Positions 12,290-24,705 of a DNA stretch of 64,000 nucleotides are shown here, piece after piece. Below the pieces are notes generated by a model. The model saw only the letters and a program-made list of their open reading frames with translations. It searched no databases and was not told the origin of the DNA. The translations under genes and the position numbers were made by a program. Source of the DNA: Macrostomum lignano (taxonomy: Eukaryota); contig NIVC01001340.1 of the NCBI GenBank assembly GCA_002269645.1, positions 186,001-250,000 of the forward strand, read 5' to 3'. Positions within the stretch are counted from its first letter, which is position 1, and each line of letters opens with the position of its first letter.

Positions 12290-12750
12290 TGGGAGGAGGT
12301 GAGGATGGATAGAGGGGAAGCTGGGAGCAGGGATAATGAAAATATGGGAAGATGGGAGGTTGGGAGGAGGGGAAGATGGGAGGAGGGGAGGAGGGGAAGA
12401 TGGGAGGAGGGGAAGATGAGAAGATGGGAAGATGGGAGGATGGGAGGAGGGGAAGATGGGAAGATGGAAGGAGGGGAAGATGGGAGGAGGGGAAGATGGG
12501 AGGAGGGGAGGAGGGGAAGATGGGAGGAGGGGAGGAGGGGAAGATGGGAGGAGGAGAAGATGGGAGGAGGGGAAGATGGAAGGATGGGAAGATGGGAGGA
12601 TGGAAGATGGGACGAGGGGAAGATGGGAGGAGGGGAAGATGGGAGGAGGGGAAGATGGGAGGAGGGGAAGATGGGAGGAGGGGAAGATGGGAGGAGGGGA
12701 AGATGGGAGGAGGGGAAGATGGGAGGAGGGGAAGATGGGAAGAGAAGAGT
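12290..12750. repeat. Purine-rich minisatellite (GGGAGGAGGGGAAGAT)n
   Basis: Read directly. The overlapping ORFs are repeat artefacts. Confidence 0.95.
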
Positions 12751-13193
12751 TAAGTGAAAACTCCAGCACAGAAGTCAGAAGACATTTTTACTAACTATCG
12801 TATCCTATATATAAGAATTAAAAAGTTTACGAGCTTTTACGAGCGTAAGAAAGAATTTACAGCGTATCCAAAAGACACTACTTTTTAATGTACACTGTAC
12901 GGCCTGTCAGGAATTCCGTTTTAAAGTACATGTAGTACCGTACGCTTGTTTCTGTGAAGTATATTTTTTCTAGCCGGATAGTGAAATATGCACCGTTCAG
13001 CTACTGTTAGTAGAAATGCAAACATACGAGCTGTAAACTAAGCGCAGTTCCCTATAGGTTAAAAGGAAAGCCTATGGGATTGCCGCGGTAAAGCTGAGGT
13101 TTAGCCGGTGAAAGACCTCGGTAAGGCCGCGGTAGTTGTAAAATCAGTTGTAGTAGTAATTTTAAGAACAAAAAAGCAACAATAATTGGCAGA

Positions 13194-14145
13194 ATGATTC
13201 CTGAAAAACTGTCCACTGAACAGGGAAGCGAGAACAACACGCAGACGCAGGAGACTCGATCTGAGAACCAAACGAGTCAGGCGCTGTACCACGTGTCGAG
13301 AACTCTGGGAGACCGCCTGTCCCCCCTGGCTCGCTCTCGGTCGGTCCTCGACCAATGCGAGGCTCTGACGGCGGCCGTCTACATCGCCTCCAGCGCTGCC
13401 AGCCCCGCCTTCGTCAGTCGGGAGGCTCGCCGTCGGTCCTTCGAGCTGGACGACGCCTGGAGACGCCGAGGCGGTCGACAATCGCCGGAGGACATGGTCG
13501 AGAGCGGCTTCTTCTACCTTGGAGAGGCCGACCACGTCAAGTGCTTCTTCTGCGACCTCGGCCTCAGAGACTGGGACGCTGGAGACGTGCCGGAGGCGGA
13601 GCACGCCAAGTTCAGCCCGCTGTGCTTCTTCTTGAAGAGCTCGCGCGGTCTGGCTGCGGATATCAAGTCCGCGACCTCCGAACTATCCGACATCGTACAG
13701 CCGGCAGGACCACAACCAGCTGCTGCAGAGATTGGCTGTGCAGACAAGAAGATTCTGGGACTTCAGGAAGCTGGGCTACTGTCCCACCAAAGTGCTGCTG
13801 TGCGTGGCCAGGAAGTTCATCCGTCAAAGAAGGTTGCTTGAACCAGAGGATCTGATCCACGAGCTGTACTGCGACCAGAACAGAGAGCGGCCAATTTTCA
13901 GCTCAGAATTCGATCTCGACACCCCATTGAACTCTGTCTGCAGCCAAGCCAGCACTCCTAACAATGATCAGCACGACCTGAGCAGCGCACTTTGCCGACT
14001 TTGCCGGAGCCGACCGCTGGAGATTGTCTTCCAGCCATGCCGGCACTTCTACTCCTGCCGGCAGTGCGCTGAGCTGCTTCAACTCTGCCCAAGGAACGAC
14101 TGTCAGTTGAGAATTACCGACAAACTGAGAGCTTATATTTGTTAG
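13194..14145 (+). pseudogene. IAP-family gene copy 2: BIR + UBA-like + C-terminal RING, split by a 5-nt deletion frameshift at 13650/13651
   Basis: The BIR is in frame 13194. The RING (CRLC..PCRHFYSCRQC..CP..C..ITDKLRAY) is in frame 13732. Against copies 1 and 3, GGTC[TCGAC]TGGCTGCGG lacks 5 nt, and restoring them fuses both frames. Confidence 0.8.
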
Positions 14146-14984
14146 TGTTATAAAGTGACTGAAGTTCCCTTTTTTGTCTGTACAAGGAGTTCCCTTTTCG
14201 TCTGTACAGCTGTACGATACAGTCTCTCTCTCGTGCACTCGCGTCCCTGTTCGCAAACCCCCGTGAAGCTGTTTTTAGCAGCTTGAAATATTAAAATCTT
14301 TGCTAGTATTGCTATTGTAGCGATATGTAACTAAATTTTCAACAATACTATTACATGTTGTTCTCTTTGTTGCTCTGCTATTTTCCGTAACATTTTTTTA
14401 CAAAAAATTATACAATCTAAAGGAAATTCGATGCTAGGAATCAGATTTTTGATATTTAATTACGATAATCCATACTGCCTGCTACTGACAGTAGAATGCA
14501 ACTACAGTTCTTATCAGAAAATTTCTTATTGAGGAATCAATTTATTGTGAGCTAGATTGCAGCAATAAGCACAAAATGATTTTAACGAATCAATGGTTTA
14601 ACTTTAATCTGAAGCAAAAATACATGCATCTGCCATCTAACACCAAGTGTTATTTTTTATTTGTTATTTTTGAATTATTGGCTAATCTTCCTTTTCTTTA
14701 GATCTTTTTTACTTATTTTGGAAATCCATGTTAGGCTTTGTTATAAGTCGTATGTTTTTCCAAGTAAAATTAAAAATTGCAATGGTTGGGTGTTTTCTGA
14801 GGCTCGTTTGCAATTAATCTATACAGTTGAACTATAAATCAATGTGCCATTTGATCAGTTATTCAGTTCTAACTGATAGGAAATCTTTGAAATCGTATTT
14901 CATAGAAAACCTGTATTTCCTGGAAATGGTCTTCTGGTGAACCTGGCAGAGCCACAGCTGTGTGCATAAAATTTAAATTTAGAT

Positions 14985-15236
14985 CAGTGGTAGGGGGACA
15001 TGCCCCCCCCCTCAATAAATTCTACGGGGAGAAATGCCTCCCCCCCGCCTCACCAACTGTGACTCGTTATGGAAATATAGCGCCTTCTGTACCAAAATGA
15101 TTGCCCTGCGCGGTGCTAAAATAAGTGCTTGCGGCGTCAAAATGAGTGCCTGCGACGCCAAAATGGAGGAATCTGTTCTTGTAGAAATTTCATGGCTTTG
15201 TCCCCCCCCCCCTAAAATCCATGCAGACGCCCATTG
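14985..15236. mobile_element. Probable degenerate hAT-like MITE
   Basis: CAGTGG...poly-C start and poly-C...CAGACGCCCATTG end. The flanks TTTAGAT/TTCAGAT resemble a decayed TSD. Confidence 0.4.
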
Positions 15237-16124
15237 TTCAGATGCACCAGATTGAAACAGAGAAACGTGCTATTAATAGTCTGCATGAGATCTTATTTTA
15301 GTTCTCTGTTTAAAGTCTTATGGCTTATCCGGGCACAGTCTATGGCCACGCTTTCCTTAACGCCATATGGTATAAAGCATATTGGTATGGAGTCTTCTGT
15401 TTTGACTACGAAGAAAGCGAACAAAGGTGATTAAATTAGTGAGCTTGAGACGGAAGACGGAGAAATTTTCTTTTTCAAACAAAGTAATTGTTTTGCGGAG
15501 GCATTTGCGCAAATTAGTGTACCTGGCTTTTGCTGCAGAAGCCTTTCTGGTACCAGCAATTTTACCAGCTTTGAAAGCATGTAAATTTGCATCTGGGCGT
15601 TGAAAAAAATCAAACGAATTTTTGCATCTAATTGCTCCAGACTCTGAAGCATGGAACACCTGATTCTGCCTGCGGCTTTCCCGCCCCATCGCTGATAAAG
15701 TATACATTCTGCTCTCATGGGATCATTTAATACGGCTCTGTTCAGACAAAAATATTCGGAAAATGTTAGGCGGTAGAATAATAACACGCAACTCATTGCG
15801 TAACAGTGATAAAATTGTACGCTTAAAAAGGTGTGGACAGGTGCCATGGATTTCGGCGCTAGGAATTTGGGAGTTAAGTAGGGATTAGTTTTAAAATTTA
15901 AAATTTTCAAATATGATTTTCAAATTTACATCAATGTTTGCTAATGCTGAAAGTACAATTAAATAGCTTTTATGTAACAGCAAACAATTCAACATCGATT
16001 TCGGTTTTAAACATAAAACATATCTAGACAAACTAACAAAATTACAAAGCGCTAACAAGGACAATGAGGCTAGTGTGCATTTTTTAATCCGCACATGATT
16101 CTGCGAGAGAGCTAGTCTGTTAAT

Positions 16125-17735
16125 AACGTTAGAGCCGCTGCTCAACATCGAGCGACTCCGCAGAAACCGGCGGCACACGGGCGATGCTGAAGACGCATTT
16201 GAGCGCCTTCTTGACGAGCGGCAGCAGGCCGCTATCGACGACGCCGTCCGGTCCATCACTGCAGCCGGCCCCGACGTGGAGAGCCGGGCAGTGTGGACGG
16301 CCGTCCGGACTCTGACGGGGCGCAAAAAGCGCGTGGCGCTGAACCTGACCCGCGACACCCCGGAGGACCGCAGGAATGAATTGCGCGACTTCTTCGCCGG
16401 CATCGTGAACGCGCCCGCGTCGCCGCTGCCCGCCAGTTTTGCGCTCCCACTGGACACGCCGCTCCCAGCTGAGGATGACTTCTGCACCAGCCCAGTCACC
16501 ACGGAGGACGTTGTGCTGTTTACTCGGAAAACATCAGGCGGCAAGGCGCTCGGCCCCGACGAAGTTCCGGTCGAAGCGCTGCGGCTCCGCTGTGTGGCCT
16601 CTCAAGTCACAGGCGTCATGAACCGCGTGCTCGCCAGCGCCCCCGCGCCCACCGAGTGGACCGTCGCGCACATCGTGCCGATCCCAAAGAAGGCAGGGAC
16701 AAAGCGGAAAGAAGACCACCGCGGGATCTCGCTGATGTCCTGGGCCGCGAAGCTCTTCAACCGGCTGCTGCTCAACCGTCTGCAGTCGGTGCTGGACCTG
16801 CGGTACGAGCAGAACGGATTCCGGCCGCAACGCGGTACAGTGACACAGATCCTCGCACTCCACCGTGTCATCGAGGAGGCGCGCATCCGCCAGTCTACGC
16901 TGATCATTGTCTTCGTTGACTTTCGGAAGGCGTTTGACTCGGTGTTGAAAGCCGCGCTTCCCTTTGTCCTTTGAGCCTACCGGGTACCCCAGCTGCTAAT
17001 CGACGCTGTCATGGCGCTGTATTGCGACACTCGAGCTGCTGTGGTGTCGGCGGAGGCCTGTCTGACCTGTTCGACACTTCGTCAGGAGTTCTGCAGGGAG
17101 ACACCTTGGCGCCGTTCCTCTTCGTGCTGCTCCTGGACTGGGTGCTTCGGACCGCACTCCCCTCGGCTAATGACGGCTTCCTGCTGCGCAGACGCATCGG
17201 TCGCCGCCACGGCGAAGAGCGCCTAAGCGTGCTTGGCTACGCCGACGACCTCGCCCTCCTGTCCTCGTCTGTTGGAGGCGCCCAGCGCCAGATCGACAGG
17301 TTGGTCGAGGTAGCATCGAGCGTCGGTCTGGTTGTCAACACGCTGAAGACCGAGGTGCTGACTGTGGCAGGCGGTGGTCGAAACCGTCCTGCTGTACAAC
17401 GCCGAGACGTTGGACGCTGACGGCTACGCTAGAGCGGCAGCTGGACTCGGCGCACACAGGGCTGCTCCGTGCGGCCTTTCGAGCTGACGAGAGCGTCGGG
17501 ACCGAGGCCCTGTACGATCGGGCCAAGCTACAGCGCCCGTCCATCATCCTGCGCCGGCGGCGACTTCAACTGGCGGGCCACGTGATCCGGGCCGCGGGCT
17601 ACTGCCCCCAACCTGTTCAGTCGGGGTCAGGTCTAAACTCGTCGATACGTGGACTGCCTCGTACGCGACGCCGGGGCGCCCGACACTGCCAACGGGGCGG
17701 ACTTAGCCGCTCTCAGGCCCTGCGGCGCGCCATCT
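16125..17735 (+). mobile_element. Degenerate 5'-truncated RTE-like non-LTR retrotransposon (reverse transcriptase)
   Basis: RT motifs GISLMS, QNGFRPQRGT, FVDFRKAFDSV, GVLQGDTLAPFLF and LGYADDL are spread over several frames, with a stop at 16972 and frameshifts. Confidence 0.9.
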
Positions 17736-17902
17736 AACTGTGACCTTGCTTGCGGGGCTGCGTACTTTGTTATTGTTGTTTTTGATAACACATTTAACAG
17801 AAAATCACAACGGATGTTAACAAAAAATAGTTGGATTTCAGGCAGAACCTCGTTAGTACCCTTGCTGGAAAGTGGCTTGAAACCAACAGTAGAACACAGT
17901 GT

Positions 17903-18768
17903 AACAAAAACAGTATAACAAAAACAGTATAACAAAACAGTATAACAAAAAACAGTGTATCAAAAACAGTATAACAAAAACAGTATAACAAAACAGTATA
18001 ACGAAAACAGTATGACAAACAGTATAACAAAAACAGTATAACAAAAACCGTATAACAAAAACAGTATAACAAAAACAGTATAACAAAAACAGTATAATAA
18101 AAACAGTATAACAAAAACCGCATCAAAAAAACAGTATGACAAAACAGTATAACAAAAACAGTATAACAAAAACAGCATAACAAAAACAGTATAACAAAAC
18201 AGTATAACGAAAACAGTATGACAAAACAGTATAACAAAAACAGTATAACAAAAACCGTATAACAAAAACAGTATAACAAAAACAGTATAATAAAAACAGT
18301 ATAACAAAAACCGTATCAAAAAACAGTATGACAAAACAGTATAACAAAAACCGTATCAAAAAAACAGTATGACAAAACAGTATGACAAAACAGTATAACA
18401 AAAACCGTATAAAAAACAGTATGACAAAACAGTACAAAAACAGTATAACAAAAACAGTATAACAAAAACAGTATAACAAAAACCGTATAACAAAAACAGT
18501 ATAACAAAAACAGTATAATAAAAACAGTATAACAAAAACCGTATAAAAAACAGTATGACAAAACAGTACAAAAACAGTATAACAAAAACAGTATAACAAA
18601 AACAGTATAACAAAAACCGTATAACAAAAACAGTATAACAAAAACAGTATAATAAAAACAGTATAACAAAAACCGTATCAAAAAACAGTATGACAAAACA
18701 GTATAACAAAAACAGTATAATAAAAACAGTACAACAAAAACCGTATCAAAAAAAACAGTATGACAAAA
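17903..18768. repeat. 13-14-bp minisatellite (AACAAAAACAGTAT)n
   Basis: Read directly. Confidence 0.95.
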
Positions 18769-20294
18769 ACTTTGAACGGCATTCAGCTCAATCGGTGCCA
18801 AAATTCAATTTCTTTAAATCTATATCGTGGCGTTGGATTCTCAGAGGAAGTGATTTTCTGAACTAAAAACTTTTAAGATTGATTCTTTAAATTTGCCTGG
18901 CATTACTTGATTACTTTCACAAACGCAACTCAAACCGTGTTGCGAGTTGAGTTTTTATAAAAAAACACGCGTCAGTTCTCTTGAATGGTTTTAGACTTTC
19001 TTTGTAAAGACATCAAGGGCCCATTAGAGCCAACCCCCACGGCATGCACTGATCGACATTGCTGTCTTTCACCATCTCCAAGAGGTGCTGCACAAAGGCG
19101 GCTACAGGAGGTCGAAACCTGGATGTCGAGGCTTGATGTTGCACTGCTAGCTGGAAAAAACCGGTACTATTTGATTAGAAATGGAATTAATTTGTAGTGC
19201 ACGATTCGTACGAAAGCGTCCCCAAAATAGCGGGAAAATTGATGCTAAGATCAAAGTTTTAACGCAGCTGGCATCAGTGAGTACATGTAGATACCAAATT
19301 CCACAGCTCTGTTGCTGACTAAATTATGCCCAGAATGCGAATTATAATAATAATAAACATAATAATAATAATAATAAATATACTAATAATAGAAACAAGT
19401 ATTGCAGTAGGCTGCGAGCACCCTGAAGAAAACCTTCGGCGACATCGGTCTCTCAACCAGCGCTCAGACGGCAATTCTGCCCACTCCGCTGCTGACTTCT
19501 GAGCACATGGGCACGCACTCACGCACACGCTCACTCAGGGTGTACAGCGGGCCTGAGCTTTCTATTCATCAGGCATGTACACTCTGTGTCTTTGAACTTT
19601 GAAGTGACACATTTTGGCTCTAAAAGTTCCCATCCAGATTGAATGTATTTTACCCAATGAATGCGCTCCAAATAGCAAAAGCTGAGGACACGACCCCAAC
19701 CAATGAAAAGTAGCTACGTACCATCCAATGCGATCAAGACTGAAAAGTACTTTAAAAGCCCATGTCAACCAAGCAAGAAGCTGGCCTCTTTTCTCACCTC
19801 TGTTTGTCCTCTTTTCCCGCTTCCCTCTTTTAGTTTTGTTAGCTATCTAAGAACTTTTGATTGAAACCGTTAGGGTCTCAAATTCAAATACCAAAACTGA
19901 TAACTGACCCATTGAAACCAATCTACTAGACAACCCCTACTCCACAATAGGCTGAACCTTCGGTTCACCCAAACAACCAGGACTCATTATACAAAAACTT
20001 GAATCAATCGAGCTTCTTATTTGGAATTCCATCTTAGACATTATATTTTGTAAGATAACATCTCGAGATTGTGACCATCAAATTGTGACAGTTGTGACCA
20101 ATATGCAGTGGTTTTCTGAATAAATGTATGATTATCCACAATTTCTATTGACCGTTAAAAATTACCAAATTAGTTGTTGTTAGCAAACTTCTTTTTGAAG
20201 AGTCAACGTGTACATTATCTTATGTATCAGAAAGTGTCTCTATTTTATCAATCCATCCAATAAAGATGAACAAATCTACGGAGACTGAGAGGCA

Positions 20295-21209
20295 TCACAG
20301 AGGCTGCAGCTGCTCACCGATGAAGAGCTGCGGCAACGGCAAACTCGCTGCTGCGTTGCACTCCGGAGCGCTGAGATGCGAGCGCAGCACCCCAGCCAGA
20401 TCAAATTGGCCAACAAAGTGCTCAGGCTCGCCTGACATCTCCCTGTCCCACTCCCTCTGCATCTCCAGCAGCAGCTCCTGCCTGCTGAACTTCTGCCTGA
20501 ACCGGATGAACTTCCTGGCCACACAAAGCAGCACTTTGGTGTCGCTGAAGCCGACCCTGCGGACAATGTCCGCTGCCTCGCTTCGCAGCTCGTCTGCCAG
20601 AATCCGCAGCAACCGGTTGTGGTCCTGCCGGCTGTACGATGTCGGATAGTTCGGAGGTCGTGGACTTGATCTCCGCAGCCAGTCGAGACCTCGCGAGCTC
20701 TTCAAGAAGAAGCACAGCGGGCTGAACTTGGCGTGCTCCGCCTCCGGCACGTCTCCAGCGTCCCAGTCTCTGAGGTCGAAGTCGCAGAAGAAGCACTTGA
20801 CGTGGTCGGCCTCTCCAAGGTAGAAGAAGCCGCTCTCGACCATGTCCTCCGGCGATTGTCGACCGCCTCGGCGTCTCCAGACGTCGTCCCGCTCGAAGGA
20901 CCGACGGCGAGCCTCTCGACTGAGGAAGGCGGGGCTGGCAGCGCTGGAGGCGAGGTAGACGGCCGCCGTCAGAGCCTCCCAGTTGGAATCAAAGCCGAGC
21001 CATTGGCCAGTCAGAGGCGACAGCCGACCGCTCAATGTTTTTGAGACAAAGTCCAGCGCTCGGTGCAGTTCAGCGTTTGCTTCGTCGGGCGAAATATCGG
21101 CCGACATTGTTAGGGTATAGCTTCGCAGCACAACGCAAAACAGCACTTTGGTGTCGCAGAAGCCGATCTTGCGCACAATGTCGGCGGCCTCGCTAAGGCC
21201 AGAATCCAC
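20295..21209 (-). CDS. IAP-family gene copy 3 (BIR + UBA-like, no RING; likely ATG at 21107)
   Basis: Open frame with an intact BIR CCHC motif. The segment upstream of the ATG (EAADIVRKIGFCDTKVLFCV) is a second variant of the UBA-like segment. Confidence 0.8.
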   Translation of the reverse strand: MDSGLSEAADIVRKIGFCDTKVLFCVVLRSYTLTMSADISPDEANAELHRALDFVSKTLSGRLSPLTGQWLGFDSNWEALTAAVYLASSAASPAFLSREARRRSFERDDVWRRRGGRQSPEDMVESGFFYLGEADHVKCFFCDFDLRDWDAGDVPEAEHAKFSPLCFFLKSSRGLDWLRRSSPRPPNYPTSYSRQDHNRLLRILADELRSEAADIVRRVGFSDTKVLLCVARKFIRFRQKFSRQELLLEMQREWDREMSGEPEHFVGQFDLAGVLRSHLSAPECNAAASLPLPQLFIGEQLQPL

Positions 21210-21607
21210 AGCAGCTCAAATAAACTGCTTTATAAGCAATTAAAACAGATAAATTAAAATATTTAATAGAAATACAGATAAATGTTAGAAACTGTTAATG
21301 AAGGGGAATATACTTCTCAAAAATAGATATTTTGGTGTTAGAGTTCAGTACAATATGCCAAAAGGTATTATAGAATGTATCTGATCAAACATCGCAGTAG
21401 CTTTGCAGAACTCCAGACTTTGCAGATGGCCTCTTAGCATTCTATTGAATGGCTCAATTGGACCGTTTCCCAGTGTGCTGCCGATGTCGCGACTCGTCTG
21501 GCTCTGGAAGCGAGAAATTTTACAACTGCTCAGTTAGATTTCAATTAAACTCGTATCGCAATCTAGTTTTAATACGAGCTACATGGTGCATGTAGTTCGA
21601 ATTGTAC

Positions 21608-21900
21608 TTTCGGCTGGGGAATCCAAATTGGTTTTCCACTTTCAGTTGAGGAATCCAAATTGGTTTTCCACTTTCAGCTGGAGAATCCAAATTGGTTTTC
21701 CACTTTCAGCTGGGGAATCCAGATTGATGTTTGTACTTTCAGTAGGGGAATCCAAATTGGTTTTCCACTTTCAGTAGGGGAATCCAAATTGGTTTTCCAC
21801 TTTCAGTAGGGGAATCCAAATTGGTTTTCCACTTTCAGCTGGGGAATCCAAATTGGTTTTCCACGTTCAGCAGGGGAATCCAGATTGGTTTGTACTTTCA
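21608..21900. repeat. About 32-bp tandem repeat (GGGGAATCCAAATTGGTTTTCCACTTTCAGCT)n
   Basis: Read directly. Confidence 0.9.
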
Positions 21901-23395
21901 GTTGAGATTGAGAGTCCTGATTGGTTTGGTAATTGCAGTAAGGGAATTCCCAGTTGAAATGCACAATAAATTCCATGTACTAATCACAATATACTAATTT
22001 TTATATGTAGTAAACTATAAATAAGAATCTATAGAGCAGTCATTGTCTGGAATCAAGATTGAGCTCTGTAATTAAAAATGATAATCCAGCTTTAACAAAA
22101 CTTTATAGTATGAATAATAAGCTAAATCAAAATGCTTCTAAGGAAATTTGCAAGTTTAGTTACCATTATTACGAGTACGATCTAAATGTTGTTCTTGTTC
22201 GACAAAACATACTAGGAATTTTACGAGCATACAGCTATAATTTCATAATTAAAGTTAATGTACTGTACAGTATATAAACTAATGTACTAGCGTAGCACCA
22301 TATTTAGCCAATTTGATTGATTCTTTCATAACTAGGTCTACCTGTAGATACAATTAAAAATGAATTAACTAACCTCAAATTAGTTATGAAGAACAGTGGC
22401 CCAGCAGCAGGAGTTGACCGATGAGTTTTTGCAATTTTTCGTGTTACGAATGCTTTTAACACAAAGCAGCAGTCCTCGGACTACAAATTCCACGGATTTT
22501 CCGTGGATTTTCCATGGAATTTCCACGGGTAATGTCGAGTCATGCCTAAGTACGCTGCTACGGTTATTTTTAATGTACACATGAAGTGGAAGTTCGAATG
22601 GAGTTTGCAAACGAGTTGTTTACGTGCCACAATAGCAGTTCACCAGATAAATCACGTGATCCGTACTAGCATTTTAAAAAGCACAACAACAATGTAACTT
22701 AAATGTACTCGTAATGCTTAATACGTTATTTTGCTTATAGATATAAATAATGTTCTGATATATTTATGCATGATTCTATATGCATCTTACACATATCGGC
22801 AAGTATAGAAACAGACAAACAACGGAAGCAGAATGAGGGGAGAGGAGAGGAGATAGGGAAGCAGATTGAGGGGAGAGGGAGAAAAAGTCACGTGTCAGGT
22901 GGTAGAGAAGTGTATTAGGCCAATGATTTAGCAGTAAACACGCACAGTGATTAAAATTTCAGAGTCTCTCTGTGGAGTTAATTCCGTGTATTAATTGAGG
23001 GGAGAGGAGACGATTGACACGATATTCCGTGTCAATTAATATTGACAAAAGTTTAGAAGTGTGAAAAAATACGAAAATCGTTAATGCATTATATATAATC
23101 GTTTTTGCCTAATTAAAATAAAATTTACAATTAAGCCACTGATTAACATAATTCGAATAGCGCAAAAGTAGACAAATGTATTCGAAGCTAAGTTATCAAA
23201 AACGTGCCGAATAAAAATCTAGAGATTTAGCTGATAGATTTGGCAAATCAGGAATATGTCAGCAGAACATGCAAGAAAATATTAAGTCCATAATAGCACC
23301 AGTTCTACCCTGTGGAATTATTCAGAATCAAGACATTTAGCTCCAAAGTATATGGATTTATTTAATTTGCATTCAAGTCACTACTCTGACCCGCC

Positions 23396-24110
23396 CTAGT
23401 CACTCCATTAGCACTCTAGTCACTCCATTAGCACTCTAGTCAGTACTGTAGCACTCTAGTCACTACTGTAGCACTCTAGTCACTCCTGTAGCACTCTAGT
23501 CACTCCTGTAGCACTCTAGTCACTCCATTAGCACTCTAGTCACTCCATTAGCACTCTAGTCACTCCATTAGCACTCTAGTCACTCCATTAGCACTCTAGT
23601 CACTCCATTAGCACTCTAGCCACTCCATTAGCACTCTAGTCACTCCATTAGCACTCTAAACACTCCATTAGCACTCTAGTTACTCCATTAGCACTCTAAA
23701 CACTCCATTAGCACTCTAGTCACTCCATTAGCACTCTAGTCACTCCATTAGCACTCTAAACACTCCATTAGCACTCTAAACACTCCATTAGCACTCTAGT
23801 CACTACTGTAGCACTCTAGTCACTCCATTAGCACTCTAGTCACTACTGTAGCACTCTAGTCACTCCATTAGCACTCTAGTCACTACTGTAGCACTCTAGT
23901 CACTCCTGTAGCACTATAGTCACTCCAGTAGCACTCCAGTCGCTTCATTAGCACTCTAGTCACTCCATTAGCACTCTAGCCACTCCAGTAGCACTCTAGT
24001 CACTCCAGTAGCACTCTAGTAACTCCAGTAGCACTCTAGTCACTCCAGTAGCACTCTAGTCACTCCAGTAGCACTCTAGTCACTCCAGTAGCACTCTACT
24101 CACTCCAGTA
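23396..24110. repeat. 20-bp minisatellite (CACTCCATTAGCACTCTAGT)n just downstream of Coronin-7
   Basis: Read directly. Confidence 0.95.
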
Positions 24111-24245
24111 CTTTAATGTCACTTTATTAGCACAATAGTCACATCATTTTGACCCAAGTCACTCCAGTGTAAATATGAGTTAGAATTCCAAGCATCCAGT
24201 CACACTATTCTAGTCACTCTTAGCCACTTTAATCCGTTGCAATTT

Positions 24246-24626
24246 TCAGTCGTCACTCCACTCATCGGAATCGGCGCCCTCCATGAGGTCCTGCGGCAGC
24301 GGCCCCGCGTCGGCTTGCACGGTGGCCAGCATGGCGGTGACCAGCTCCGTCTCTTTCTGCTGCTGTTGCTGCTCCAAGTCCAGAGCGTCAACTTGGCGAA
24401 CTTTAGCAGCCTGCTGTTGCTGCTTCTGCTGTTTCGCCGGCTGCTGCTTCTGCAAGAACTGCAACTGAAGCTGCGGATCGGAGGCGACCTGGGTGACGCT
24501 AGGCATGCCCTCCGGCTGCAGAGAGACCGACGGCCATAACAGCGGGCTGGGGTCGCTGCCGGACATCCAGTTGCCAGCTGACAGACTCGGCTGCCAAGTA
24601 ACTGAGCAGCGTCCCAGTAAGTCGTC
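24246..24626 (-). CDS. CORO7: Coronin-7 exon 8 (last)
   Basis: DDLLGRCSVTWQPSLSAGNW...ELVTAMLA...PLPQDLMEGADSDEW matches the CORO7 acidic C-terminus (PLPQDSFEGVDEDEW). Acceptor TTGCAG. Confidence 0.9.
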   Translation of the reverse strand, partial: DDLLGRCSVTWQPSLSAGNWMSGSDPSPLLWPSVSLQPEGMPSVTQVASDPQLQLQFLQKQQPAKQQKQQQQAAKVRQVDALDLEQQQQQKETELVTAMLATVQADAGPLPQDLMEGADSDEWSDD

Positions 24627-24705
24627 CTGCAATTCGAGTTTGACAAAAGCGAGTTTAACCTTTTTATGCGAAAGTTCACGATCAGAGGAGTTAAGGTCTC
24701 GATCC

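Noticed and set aside
15260-15910. Minus-strand ORFs as a transposase or gene fragment
   Set aside because: No recognisable motif, and the frames are short and overlapping.
20276-20330. CSLC in an alternative frame after IAP copy 3 as the start of a RING
   Set aside because: It is followed by a stop, and no remaining RING residues were found downstream.
2303-21209. Endogenous large DNA virus (intronless giant ORF plus IAPs)
   Set aside because: No recognisable viral core genes (polymerase, capsid, packaging ATPase). Gene density is low, and one IAP copy has a splice-acceptor-like boundary.
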